Part shown: positions 24,612 to 38,000 of the stretch, one piece after another | How the letters are laid out: each line of letters opens with the position of its first letter | Numbering within the stretch: the first letter of the stretch is position 1 | Translations under genes and position numbers: made by a program | The notes under the pieces: generated by a model | The model's input: only the letters and a program-made list of their open reading frames with translations | Told to the model about the DNA's origin: nothing | Database searches by the model: none | Assembly (NCBI GenBank): GCA_030704615.1 | Contig: CM060733.1 | Span: 67,456,001-67,520,000, forward strand | DNA from: Takakia lepidozioides | Taxonomy: Eukaryota > Plantae > Bryophyta | Length of the DNA stretch: 64,000 nucleotides | Direction: 5' to 3'

Positions 24612-27600
24612 ATGGCTTCCTCTGAAGCGCAGTTCTTCTCTGACGACAAACCAGTGCCGTTCTCCCAGGAAGTCCTTGACAATGGATTCTAGAACATGTC
24701 TTGGCTACCCGTTTTCAGCTTCAGAATGGCTCCATCTTTTTGGAGAAAGAGGTGTACGATTTGAAAGGGAAGTTGTTGAAATACTCTTTCCAAAACCGTG
24801 ATGAGACGGCTCATATCAGCCAGTGGAGAGTGCGCCCTGGTCGATACAGAGTACTTGGAGAGCCTCGGTGAAAGTCCCTTGGGTCATATGTGACGCCCGG
24901 GACTGCTGCTTCGGTCGTTGAAGACAAGAGGGAGGTGGTGGTGAAAAAAGAACAGACGTCCTCCACTCCAATCGTTGAGCTTTTGGATTCATCCGATGAT
25001 GACATAAGTGAAATTCCAAATCCAGTCCTTCCTACTGTGGTTGGAGAAGCTGATGAAGAAGAGATTTGTAGTGTCATTCCAAAATTACGGGCGATGGGAG
25101 GAATGGCTGGATTCAAAAGTGAGTTGCAAGGAATTGATTGGGAATCTTTGAAGCATGTGCCTGTGAAGTTCTTGCCAGAGACTTTTGATGGCGATATCCT
25201 ATTCGAGCTGCCTCCTCCTCCGCGAGTTGGAGGTGTAACAATCATGATGCATGGAATGGACAAGAAACACGACGGGCACCCGTGGTGCAGAACAAAAACA
25301 TCCAATATTCAGAATGATGACAAGCTTGTTTTCAGGAGAACAGTTTGCTATGGACACCTTAGGTGTGATAATTTGAATTGCAGACACTTTCTTCAGTCTG
25401 GGGTTCATAATCAAAGCGAATGGGAGGGTCTGGCGAAAAATCCATTTAAGCCTGGGACTGCCCCTCCACCGGCAAACACTTTCGTCTGCAAATTCTGTAA
25501 ACTTGTGTCATCCTGCTTGGCGCTCTGCGGAGCAAGAATGTACTATGTTGTCCACCGTTTGAAAACAATGACAAGAGCTTGTGTGCATTTTGGATTCCAT
25601 AACCATCCTGTCTCGAAGGGGGATTACAGGGAGAGTGTTGAGACAGTATCGAGGTTGATTAAACAGGAGTTTGGGAGAAACCCATCCGCAACAACATCTT
25701 CAATTGCTCTTGGCGCAAGCAAGTCCTTCTTGGAAAGCCATATTTTGAGTGGAGGGGATTATGTGGGGACTAAACTTGACGGTGCAGCATTGGACCTGGT
25801 CATGGATCATTTCTCCACTTTGAGTTCACCTAATATTCGGCATCAGATCAATGCATTAAGAATGGGCTCTGGTATCAGAGGCTACATAGACAACATTTTG
25901 GAGTTGAAACGAGTGAGCAAGTACGATTACATCCAGGACAATGTATTCCCAGGTCAAGGTGCCATCAAAGTTTTTCTTTTCAAAATGTCGACTGTTGGGG
26001 AGGGCAGTGGGGTTAGCCTCGTGAAGCGGATGCAGAAGACTGGGGACTTGCAGAACTGTTTTCTTATGTTTGATCATGTGAAACGAGCGAAGGATTGGAC
26101 GACAATGGCTTGTCATGTCTACGATCCAGTGTACCAACGAGTTATGACAATTGCAATTTGTGACATGCAATCCGAGGATACGGAATCCCAGAAGCTCATG
26201 TGGAATTCCCTGATACGTGTCATGGGCTGCCATCTCCAAATTTTGCAGGTTTCATGGCGGATAGTGCTCAAGCAAATTTCAATGCTGTTCGTATTGTCTT
26301 CGGATCGGGTGACCCAAAAGTGCCAATGCGAGGAAGAGAGCGTACATGTCTATTCCATTGGACACAATCTCTGGAAAAACATACAAAGTCGGACATCAAA
26401 CCAGAGATGTAGACTCAGCACCGTAAATTGTGCAAAGAGTACAAAGATGCTAGAACAATGAAGGAGGCGGACACTTTGTTCCAGACAATTCGTGCCTGGT
26501 GGTTCTCTTCTGGAGCTGCATCACTTGAGAGTATGAGAGCATTGGAAGATTGGCTGGCGTTTTGGCACTTCCGGTATAGACAGTGGGGAGCAGCCATGGC
26601 AGTGGTACGAGGCTTATATTTCTTGCTTTATTCATACATTTACTTTCCATTTTATTGTGTCCTTGCTTTCTTTATGTTGTTTTCTGTTCACTGTTTTGAA
26701 GTGTGGTTCTGCACTTTGCAGAACATGTTCATTGAGGAAATGGCGGACATGCCATCTTGCAATTTGGCAGAAACTGTGCACAACACATGGTTGCAGCAGT
26801 CTGGGAAACGAGGTCGGGATTTGTATGTGGCAACAACAGATGATTTGATATGTGCCTTGCAACAACAAACCCGATACCGTGATTTCTTACGAGGTGGGGT
26901 TGGTGGCAAGGGTCCGGACAAATGGGAGTTGATGTTGCGTGCTGCAAACAGATCTGGGGATCCAATGAAAATAGCACGGGCGGTGAGCATGTATGCCCAG
27001 GGAACGCCACTTGTTTCTAGAGTTCCACATCTTGAAGGGGAGGAGAGATTCGGCTCCTGTAAGAGGAAATTGAACACTCCACCTGGTTTGGATTCCGATT
27101 CCCACAGGGCAGACCGTGATAACTTCTCGAAGCCTCATGTTCCCCTGCATGACAGCTCCATGTCCGGAACCTCCATTGTGGAGGAACCTCCAACACGACG
27201 GCAAGCTCCAGCATCAAACAGTGCCACTGAAATGGTGCAGGAGAGAAACAACCCCCTTGATGTGCTTGAGTCCGCATGCCCCGACCACGTTTGGCACATA
27301 GAACGCACAAGTGTAGGGTCTCGTGTGAAATGTACAGCGATCAGGGCAACTAATTTCGAGAAGTGCACTTCATCTATATCCAGAGGTGGTGCCCGAACTC
27401 CTGCTCCGACTTTCACGGGTTTGATGCGTCCATACGGTCAACCAGAAGCCAAGAACCACAAATTCTGGTTCTGCGCAGATGATTGTGCCAGATATGTGCA
27501 TGGAACTGTGCGTCGTTCCGTAGTGATGAAGCCATCTCCTCCAACCGTTTGGCCCGTGAAGGTGGGAACACATCTCAGCTTTTAGGAGATTGAAATGCTG

Positions 27601-28107
27601 GAGGAGGCAGGTTTTTCCCTTGCGAGATAACCCCATCTCCATACATGTGCTACTACTTCTGCATCCTCCCGGGTCCCCCCGGCAAATCCTGACTTGTGGC
27701 CAACCAAACGAGATGGAAAGCTCATTCGGCGTTTCCCTCCAACCGCTGAACACTTTGGCAAAGTGGAGTCCGCAAGAATGCTCCAAGCTCGTGTTGGAAG
27801 CACCACGGAAGTACCCCATCCAGGATATGGTTGGGTATTCACAATCATCACTTCCACATCTGCTGTTCATGACAGGACCTATGATATCACGGTTTCCAAT
27901 TTCCCCAATTGCACATGTCCTGATTTTGTGAATATGCTATCAACCAGTTTGGGCAAGAGAGGTAAATTCATACCCTGCAAACATTTGTATTTCATATTTT
28001 TGAAGAGGATGGTTTGCGATCCCAAACGTGACAACTTCATTCACCAGGCCACTATGAGTTTCAATGAGGTCGATACTCTATTGCAGCGGGATACAACACA
28101 TGGGTAG
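24612..28107 (+). pseudogene. MULE-type DDE transposase of element A with GCM/WRKY-like Zn domain and C-terminal SWIM finger
   Basis: DGHPW...CYGHLRCDNLNC...CKFC...HFGFHNHP; MFDHVKR (D1), FMADSAQAN (D2), ERTCLFHW (CxxH), NLAETVH (E); SWIM CTCPDF...CKHLY; intron about 26605-26721; stops or frameshifts near 24868, 26230, 26410, 27584. Confidence 0.88.
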
Positions 28108-28407
28108 CATCAACTATGCAATGTGGTATGTGGACGACCATGATTTGAAATGTGTAATTCACATCGAGGTTAGCTATTTCATGAGCATGAGCGGCATGAG
28201 CGGCATGAGCGGAGTAGTAAGACAATCGGTTTTCATGAGCAGAAGTATTTGAAAATAAAAAACAATAAAAAACATTAATTTAATGCAATGTGTCAGGAAA
28301 AACAAATATATTATTCGGCCCCTTGAAGGGAAAATTGTAGTTTTGACAGTTGTGCTCATGATATTTCGTCTTCCGCTCATGCTAATTCCCAGCGACATGT
28401 GCAGATA

Positions 28408-28840
28408 TGGCGCCGAATTTCGCGGTAATAGGGTCCGTAACCTGAAAAAACGGCGACGTATTTCGCGGTAATAGGTCTCTTTGGCGAAAAATGGTGCCGA
28501 ATTCCGCGGCTATAGGTCCCCTCATGACAGGTAATTCGGCGCCATTTTTCCAGTGCATGTTCGGACTTAGCCAGTTTTCGGCGCAAAATAGGGAAATTCG
28601 GCGCCATTTTTCCAGACACTGTACCAGTGCATGTTGGGACTTAGCCAGTTTTCGGCCCAAAAAAGAGAAATTCGGCGCCATTTTTCCAGACACGGTAACA
28701 GTACATGTTGGGACTTAGCCAGTTTTCGGCCCAAAAAAGAGAAATTCGGCGCCATTTTCCCAGACACAGGTACCAGTGCATGTTGGGACTTAGCTAGTTT
28801 TTGCCCCCAAAAAGAGAAATTCGGCGCCATTTTTCCAGAA
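28408..28840. repeat. Subterminal tandem array (about 74-bp unit, 4 copies) containing GAAATTCGGCGCCATTTT
   Basis: agtgcatgttgggacttagccagttttcggcccaaaaaagagaaattcggcgccatttttccagacac-type units near 28552, 28626, 28700 and 28775. Confidence 0.9.
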
Positions 28841-28993
28841 ATGGCCCCACAACTGCTTCTGTTGGATCTCAGTTTGAATGGAATATTGTCTCATTCCAGG
28901 AGTTTTGGGGTGCATTTCATTACACTGCAAAAAAAAGTCTGATACAGCAAAATGCAATTGAAAATATCCATATGGAGGATTCCCTTTGCCCCA

Positions 28994-31900
28994 TCAATGA
29001 TTTCTGGAATCCCTAAGGAGGAGTTTGTGCAGCTCGTTCACGCTCAACGCCGGTGCATGAATAAAGTCATCAACAGTCACGTTCATCCTCAACCTCTTCA
29101 GGTAAATGTAATACAGATACTTTGAACCCTTCTTTGTTTCCATCAACGAGAAGTCCGTACAATTGCAAGTCGGCTCCACTCCAATCGTAATTGTGTATAC
29201 ATCATCGCGTACAGCCGAGCCGGCCGTTGCCATCCGATACACACGCCCAAGGCCGGGTGGGGGTACGTCCACGGAGCTCTGAATAGTGCAAGCCATCCCA
29301 AGAGCATTGGCAATCCGAGTCTCATTCAACTTGTTGGGAGGGTGTCGTCTCTTCACTCTTCCGAATCGCATTGTGGGATGTGCAAAATTGTCCAATCCGT
29401 CTCTACTGGACCGAGCAGTCTGCAATGGCTGGGTCTGAGGAACCGGAAATGCGTGGGCCGGGATGTCTGTGCGTTGCACCATTCAAAATCCTGCTGCAGA
29501 TAGAGCATCCGCCTCATTCTGAGAGAGGCTGCAACCCAGTGCAACAGGCCAGACGCCCGGAGGCTCCGGCATTCCCTGAATCCCGTACTTGGGCTTGCCA
29601 AATACACAGGTCATTATGTCGTGCCTACAGAACCAAAATGTCTGCGTTGTGGCGTGAGCAAATGTGGGAGTCAAAAATCTGCCGCTGAAACAAGGTGCAG
29701 GTACAGCACCGTGTGAGTTCCTCCGAATCATCTCACCACAACGTGCTCTCGTATCCACCCGGATGGCGCAGCACTTCCCTCGAAATGCCGGCAATGTCCT
29801 CGCAATTCTCCACTGTGACTCCGACACTCTTGTCTCCACAATGGGAATGTTGTACTGCTTTACTACAGATGGCTCGTTATGTTGCCGGGGCATGCGCCCT
29901 GTGCTCAAAGGAGATGGCGATCTTGAACGTGCAGGACTTGCGATGCTCGACGAGACCTCCTCGGGCAACATCACCGGACCACGAGGGAGCGTGCAAATAT
30001 TCTTGTCAGCTCGCCATGAATCCTCTTCTCCGCCAGGTGCCTCGTCAAGTCTTCGTTTCACTGGACGGGTATGAACATCTCCTAGAGGCGGTCCGCATCA
30101 GCATTTCCTGCATGTCCGGCCCCAATCCCCACTGTTTCCCTTTCAAGAACTTGTTGTACTTGCTTTGCTGCATAATTGACCTCACAATGTCTTCTGTTGT
30201 GGTAGTGAGGATGTCCACCAGATGCGCCGCAGAGGAGGCACGCCAGGAAGAGTGCACTGATTCGGCCATGTTTGTCGTGGGCATGTCGGTGTCGGAGTCG
30301 AGACACATTTCCTGCACAAGCACATGTTGAGGTTACAAGCAAGTTACAAATATGGCCAAGAATAATATTCAACGGGACGCGAATTCGTGCAACTCACCTC
30401 CCGCATATAGTCGCCGAACTGGAGGAAACGATAATGCCACCATGCTAGCCAACTGACCATTGCTCCCTTGTGTGATTTCCTTACAGCACCTGACGATGTC
30501 CACCAAGCCCGTATACATGCAAACTGTGTCTCTGCATCATCCAAGGTGGGAGCGCGCTTCCACGCAAGGCACATGAAACGGTGCTCCTCTCTGAAATTTG
30601 GCGCCACGAGCCTGGTTGTGTACTGCGAAAGGCTCTGCAGAAAATGGAACCCACAAGATCTCTCCTTGCCTTCCATGGGAACATTGGGGTCTTCCCCGTA
30701 CACCCTTTGGGCAGCCCAATTTGCTTGTGCGTTGTCCACCATGAAACCACGGAAATTGGGAGGGGGCAATCCCGCCTTGGCCATTTATTCCCTGCCAAAG
30801 AAGCATCTCCAATTGTGTGTCCTCTCCTTTCATCTCACAAATAGCAATTGTCATTAGCATCCTGCAGTGGGTGTTGTAGACATGTGCACCCATTGTCACC
30901 CACTGGTGATTTGTAATTCGTTTGCTATGGTTGAACATGACCCAACTGGTTGACAAGTCCCCACTCGTCATCCCGTGGACCAGTTCGACGCCGCTGCCAA
31001 GTCCACATGTGGACATTTTGAATACGAAACAACGATCTGCCTCAGTCCCTTGTCCTGGAAACCGACTTCCATGAATGTAGTCATATCCACATCGTCGCTT
31101 CACCTCCAGAATGGAGTGCATATCCGAGCCACGCCCAATTTTCTGTTTGCATGACACAATGTGGTTTCGGACATTCGGTGAACAGACGTGGGACACCGAC
31201 TCCAGCAATGCCTCCATTTCCTTGACATCGAGAGGAACTCTGTCGGAGCCGTCTTCCGACATAATTCTGGCCAATGCCATCTTATGGGCGGCTTGGAGCT
31301 GTATCGGTTTGGGTTTGGCACCCGGTCTCAACTTAACCTCCTCCTGAACGAGCTGCTCTGCCTCGTGGGCAGCCTCCCGTGAGTTCCCCCTCGCCAATTT
31401 GTGACAATGGGATCCAACATGTATGCAAGCTCGGGTGAGGTCAGGGAAACGGTGCAACACATAGAACTGCTTGGCATTACAAACAGACATGTAGTGTGGT
31501 GGTTCTTTGCAATGCGCACACTTAAATGTGGAGTTCGGAACCTTCTCCTGAGCTCGAAATGGTTGATGAGCTGTGCCTGTCCAATCGGTCTCATTCCTGT
31601 GACCTCTGGATTTAAAGTGGAAGCAAGTTGGGGAGAAACACCGCAACGCGCCCGCACAAACAACGTAGCGCACCCGCACACCATCGAGCATCTTCATGCG
31701 GGTGGTTTTGGTAATGCACCAAGGATGACCGTCATGTTTTCTATCCATATCTGTCAACATTCCGGATGCCCTCGAGTAGTCCGCCCGAGGAGGGAACTCA
31801 AAGAAGATATTACCGTCGACGTCGGCGGGAAGGCGTGTAACCGATTTAATTGCGAACTTGTTGTAGTCCAGCCCGGCCAGCTCCGACCGGTGTCCCTCCA

Positions 31901-32489
31901 GGTGAAGCCCTCGCAGAATTTCAAGAATAGATCGAACTGCGGTGCTCGTGCTGGGAATATGACTCCCTCCTTCACTGACGTCCATTGAGGACTTGCCTGA
32001 TCTCCAGGACGACCTCGGAACTTCCATGACCTCGTCTAAGTCGGACAGGTTGTGAACAACCCGGTTCTCGCTCGTCTTCATGGATGGGTTCGGCTCTGGA
32101 TTTACTTCGTTGCGGACTTTTCTCTTTGAGGTAGCCACTCTCTGATTCGCGGATTGTTTCGTGGAAGGCGCCAGGATAGAAGGTGCATTTGGCGGGCAAA
32201 TGAAGTCCCCAACAGCCTTGTATATGACGCTGTCCGATGGTGGAACTCGCCATTCCCTGCCATCGCCGAAATCATCGTGGAGCATAACAATACTCTCGAC
32301 AACAAGGCCGTTTGAGTCCTTCATTTCCTCCTCCAAAAAAACCGACCCCGGTTTCAGGTGGTATCGAACGCACAGATATTTCTCCATCACCCGACAGATG
32401 TCCCCTCTGCACGGAAATGAAGCTCTATGCTCGTGAGGAGGGCAGTACACTGTAGCGCTCGGGTTTTCCGCCATGGGAGATGTGCACAC
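28994..32489 (-). pseudogene. MULE-type transposase of element B (paralog of 24612-28107)
   Basis: KHDGHPW...CAGALRCFSPTC...CAHC...HVGSHCH; FVFKMS; MFNHSKR, FMVDNAQAN, ERSCGFHF, NMAESVH; partly deleted SWIM TCNCTDF; intron at the same position as in A (about 30317-30397); several frameshifts. Confidence 0.88.
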
Positions 32490-32739
32490 AAGACTGCCAG
32501 GATGGCGTGCGGGGAAGCTCCCTGGTAGAAGGGGGATGCAGCGATGGGAAGGAATGCGGTGCCAATTTGTCCGAGCGACGAAGCCTGATCCAAATCCAGG
32601 GAGCCAACTATCTCAAAAATCCACAGTCAGAGTGTTAATGAACCTTGTCTCCGAAATGCGGCCCTTGGTCTTTGCGCAATAACTGCCAACGGTATGCAGT
32701 CAGAAAGTGGGGGGCCGTCCGGATGATGTCGGTTGAAGG

Positions 32740-34330
32740 GGAGAAGCCGGCACCGTGCCGTCACATTACTACCCCCGAATGGAAATTCGGCACCCAATAT
32801 CCAACAGGGGCCGCACGGATGAAGTCGTCTGGGGCAGAGATGCCGGCACCTGTCCGACAGAGAACATCCCCCGGATGGAAATTCAGCGCCGAATTTCCAT
32901 TCGTATCCCCCCAAAGAAAGTCCTGTCGGGGGGTCAGGCCGAAAACTGGCCGACATAAAAACCTCCGCAGATGGAAAAACGGCGCCGAATTTCCATCCGA
33001 GGCCTTTCGGATGCAGTCGGCTCGGGGGAAAGGCCGCCATCTGGCCCTCACATTACAACCCCCGGACGGAAATTCGGCACCGAATATACAACAGGGGAAG
33101 CCCGGATGAAGTCGCCTCGGGCGCAAAGGCCAGCGCTTGTGCGACAGAGAACATCCCCTGGATGGAGATTCGGCGCCGAATTTCCATCCGGGCCCCCCCA
33201 AAGGAAGTCGTGTCGGGGGGTCAGGCCGAAAACTGGCCGGCATAAAAACATCCCCAGATGGAAAAACGGCGCCGAATTTCCATCCGGGGTAGTTCGGATG
33301 CAGTCGGGGAAGGGGGAGAGGCCGGCACTTAGCCGTCACATTTCAACCCCCGGACGGAAATTCGGCCCCGAATATCCAACAAGGGACGCCCGGATGAAGT
33401 CGCCTCGGGCGTAGAGGCCGGCACGTGTTCGACAGAGAGCATCCCCTGGATGGAGATTCGGTGCCGAATTTCCATCCGGGCCCCCCCAAAGGAAGTCGTG
33501 TCGGGGGGTCAGGCCGAAAACTGGCCGACATAAAAACCTCCCCAGATGGAAAAACGGCGCCGAATTTCCATCCGGGGCCGTTCCAATGCAGTCGGGGAGG
33601 GGGGAGAGGCCGGCACCTGGCCGTCATATTTCAACCCCCGGACGGAAATTCGGCACCGAATATCCAACAGAGCGGCGGAGAGGCCGGCACCTCTCCGACA
33701 GAGACCATCCCCCGGATGGAAATTCGGCGCCGAATTTCCATCAGGGCCCCCTCAAAGGAAGTTGTAAAAACCTCCCAGAATGGAAAAACGGAGCCGAATT
33801 TCCGTCCGAGGCTGTTCCGATTTGCCTCTAGCAGTCAAGGATTCCAAGAAAAACGTGTCTACAAGTGCACTTCAGCCACAAAACAAACAGTTTAGTTTGT
33901 TTTTCTCCGAAAAATCAATTGGACACGCTCAGAATTACCTGCAGGAAGGTAATTCAGCGCTTCAAAATACCTGGCGAATGGAAATTTGGCGCCGAATATC
34001 CATACGCCAGCGATCCGACTTACCTGCTGGATGGAAATCCGGCGCCGGATTTCCATCCATCCGCCTCCGAATTACCTGCGTGAGGGAAATTTCGCGGGCC
34101 GCCCTACCTGCGCGGATGGAAATCTGGCGCCGGATTTCCATCCATCCGCATCTGAATTACCTGCGTGAGGGAAATTTCGCGCGCCGCCCTACCTTGCAGG
34201 ATGGAAATTCGGCGCTGAATTTCCATCCTGCTGCGCTCCGAATTACCTGCAGGATGGAAATGCGGCACCGGATTTCCATCCTGCAACGCTCCGAATTACC
34301 TCTACGTTGGAAATTCCGGGCCGAGTTCCG
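32740..34330. repeat. Intergenic array rich in GGAAATTCGGCGCCGAATTTCC palindromes (about 288-bp unit, 3.5 copies, then shorter units)
   Basis: ggaaattcggc(a/c)cc at 32781, 33068, 33356 and 33644; lies between the divergent transposase and ParB-MTase genes. Confidence 0.92.
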
Positions 34331-35071
34331 TCGTTTTTCATCCGACATGGAGGGCTTCATCCGACATTTAATTGCGCAGTTGGGCAATAAATGTCCACCG
34401 CCGTCCGTTTTCATTCGGGTTGGCGACACATGGCTTCCTGGATACGTACCCTAAATCTGATGCTAATCTTGGCTTAACATGCTATTCGAGGCATGTACCC
34501 CAAAAACAGAGATATTTTTCCATTTTGGCTGGGACTTATGCCGCCTGAAGGGCGTGGCTCTCCTGAGAGAGACCTCACATCCAGACCGCAGCGGAAGTTG
34601 AAAGCTCTGTACTACGGACGACGGCCAATCTCTCACATGGCCAAACTGAAGCTCCAGCAGGAGATTCCAGTGTCTTGCTCACAACCCGTGCCAACTGAAG
34701 CCGAGTACTCTCAGGCAAGCACTTCTGCTTTCGATTTGTTCGATTTTGCTTTTTGCTTTCGCTTTCGCTTTCGCTTTGTTGCCTCGCTTTGTTTTTGCAT
34801 CTTCATGCTGGCTTCGCTAGATGAGTGAACCTTAGATTGTTTGCAATGCAAATCCGGCAGCTCTGGAGAAGGCTGCTTGTGCATGTCATTCTCAGGCAAT
34901 GGTTGCATTTGTTTTTATTGTTGTTGCATGGCTCTCCATACTTCCTAAACTTGTTATGTTTTCATTTTTGTTACACGATTGTTGCTATGGTGGTTACGAT
35001 GCTGGTTTTGGCACCGATGTTGGTTCTCACGATTTTGGGAATGACAGAGTGACGACGAGCCCGACACGCTG

Positions 35072-38000
35072 GTGGTATCATCGAATGCTGCAACTCATCG
35101 CATGTTTGAACCGCCCACCTTGGAGCGAGAGGGCAAACTTCAACCTTTTGTTGGTGGACGGGAGGACGTGCAGCGAGAGTACGACAGAATATGCATTGGG
35201 GAGGTTGGTGCAGGCCTCATGGCAGGTGAAGGGCGTGAGGAAGTGAGAACAACAGATCCGGCAATGGAGGTTGTTGATGCAGAAGCAGTAGGGCCCGTCC
35301 AAGCAAAGAAGAAGAAGAAAGCCAAGCACGTGCAATCCCGGGCGCGAGAGCCGTCACGGGCTGCGGAGGGGGGAGTTCGCAATGCGCGCGAGGGTGTCAG
35401 TTCGCCTACCTCAAAGGTGGTCGTCCATCCGGGCTCCCCTGCTGCTAGCCCTAATAAGAAACAGAAAGCCCGTGAGAGGGCAAAAGAGAGGGCAAAAGAA
35501 CAGGCAAGACACAAGGCGAGCCAGGAGGAAAGAGAAAAGGCCACTGAAGAGGCCAGGGGTTCCGAACTGACAGATTCCCATATAAGTGAGGGACGCACAG
35601 AGACGGTGGATCCCTCCAAGACACCACAAAGAGGCAGCAACACACCGGTTAGACCATCGCGGGCAAGAGCAGCCCCTGCAATTACCCATACGGTGGAGAG
35701 TGGAGGAGAGGAAAGAACACCAGAAAGAGCACGGATTGTGCAAGTTCGAGGTGAAGCCAGGGAGAGGGCAGTAGAGATGGGGAGAGTGCTGGAGGTGGTT
35801 TCGCAGGTGGCTGACCCTGTTGAGGAGGACGACAGGGAGCTTTCTGACCAGGATGACATCCTCTCGGACATCCCCAGTCCCCAAACCCGGAGCATACAGG
35901 CTGGATTTGGCGGTCCTGGTGGGCTGTCGGAAAACCCCTCTGCAGCAGACGTCATGTCGGAGGCGGATATGAAGTTGGCCGCTGCCAAGATGTTGGAGGC
36001 AACCCACAGCAACATTGGCAGGGTGCTGGGGGGCATGGTGTACCCGGCCAAGCTTCGAATTCCCCTTTGCCGCTTGGTGTCATTGCAGGTGGTGAGACCT
36101 GCCCTCCCAGGCGATATCGACAAGCTGAAATTCTCTTTCCGGGATGGATATCGAATGGGGTCTGCCGCGTTTTACGTTTCCATTGAGAACGACCACGGAG
36201 CTTCCCGTGCCCACACTTCCGATGAGGTGGACAAATGGGGTCCCCATTGGCAAACGCGAAATGAGGAGTTCGAGAGATCGATTGCTAGTGATCCTCTTTT
36301 CCAGCACTTGTCCGGTAAGATGTTCTACGTGTGGGACGACAATCATCGCCTCCTGGCATGGATGGAGCACATTGCCCAAGCCCACCCCAACGACCTCGAT
36401 TGGCATTTCGCCGTGGAGTGTGTTGTGTTGAAGGTTGCGGGGCCCAAAGATTGCAGTCTTCTCAAAGCTGCAATGGCGGACTTCAACTCGTAAGTTACAA
36501 TGCCTCTCGCTTTTGGACTTTGAATTTGGAAGTCATTTCATTGCGAATCCTCATATATGATGAAAATTCCCATTTCAGTATTGTTTGATGGAAATGTGGC
36601 ACTGCAGGGTGACTGAGAATGCCTTCATTGCCACCAACTTGTCCCATATGCTCTTCCAAGTGAAGGATGTCGGGAAGCAGGGGGTGCAAGAGTTTGCCAA
36701 TTCCCTCAGTGCCGACCTCCTGCGCAAGTCGGAGGCAAAGGCAGACAGAACCTGGTATAGGCTGAGCGTCGACGCCATGGTGGACTACATATTTCGGGTA
36801 AAGCTCCTAACAATTTTGTTGAGCTAATCTGTCTCTCCTCCCCCAATAGAAGAAAAGGTCTTCACCGTGATTTCTAATCTCCTCCCCCAATAGAAGAAAT
36901 TGTGTTGAGCAGGATCTCTAATCTTATGTGCGCATTCTTGACAGACGAAAATACAGCAGGATTTGGCACATGCGCGGAGGTTCTACATGGAGTCAAAGGA
37001 GAAGAATCCAACCCTCCCGGCACTCAAATCGTATGTCAAAGCTGTGGAGGTGAGGGCCCGCATAAAGTACAAGTCGCGGATGGTAAAGTACGTGGCCATA
37101 GCTGATCCCGCCCTTGGTGCCAACTTTCTGGTGGAGGTGGGGAAGCACTACTCTCGCGCTCTGAAGCCCACGATGACATTGGAGAAGCTCCATCGTCTAG
37201 CCACATCCTGTGTGGATGCAACAGAAAAGGTGATACATTCTTAACCAAATTGTGGTGGCAACAACTCATTTTTGTGGTGTTTGGCGCTTACGAATATGCT
37301 TGGTGGTTGGACAGACCCGGTGGCTCCAAATCTGGAATGGTTCCCAAAGTACCAGGGACATGTGGAGCTTCCCCAAACCGGACAAACTCTCTGACCCACA
37401 TTCGACATGTGGATGAACCGCATGACATGGTGGTTTCAGGTACTTCCCCACGCTTCGTTTGGGGCTTCTACTCTAGTAGGGGGTGGATTCATTGCATTTT
37501 TTCAGGAAAGCGATCTGATGGAGAATCTCCACAGGTGACGACGAATGCGCAAGAGCAGCTGGACACACAAGCACATCAGTTCAAGATGGAGATATCTCCT
37601 GCTGTAGAGAGCCTACGCGACTATGTGACGAGGTACTTTCTGCTCTACAAAACCAACCTATTCTTTCGGGAGATAGCAGATGCTCGCCGGAGCCACGAGT
37701 TCACCGACCAGCCAAACGCGGACAAAGCAGCAATGCGCCTTCTATACAGGTACATACGCGCTGCCTTTCTTTCAAGTCCTTGCATTTCAGGATGTTAGAG
37801 GCCTCATGTGGTGTTAGGGAAAATGGCGCCGAATTTCCAGTCAGGGCTCCCTAGACTGGCTGGCCCTGAACTGGAAATTCGGCGCCATTTTCCAGTTCTA
37901 GGCCCTATTGCCGTTCAGGGACTTGGCCATTTTCGGGCTAAGTCCCTAGACTGGCTGGCCCGGAACTGGAAATTCGGCGCCATTTTCCAGTTCTAGGCCC

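Noticed and set aside
28377-34454. Many ORFs with MAPNF/WKFGAEF/EIRRR repeats at 28377-28942 and 32627-34454
   Set aside because: Translations of GC-rich tandem arrays that are open in several frames on both strands
35140-36123. 327-aa minus-strand ORF and similar antisense ORFs
   Set aside because: Shadow of the low-complexity plus-strand coding region
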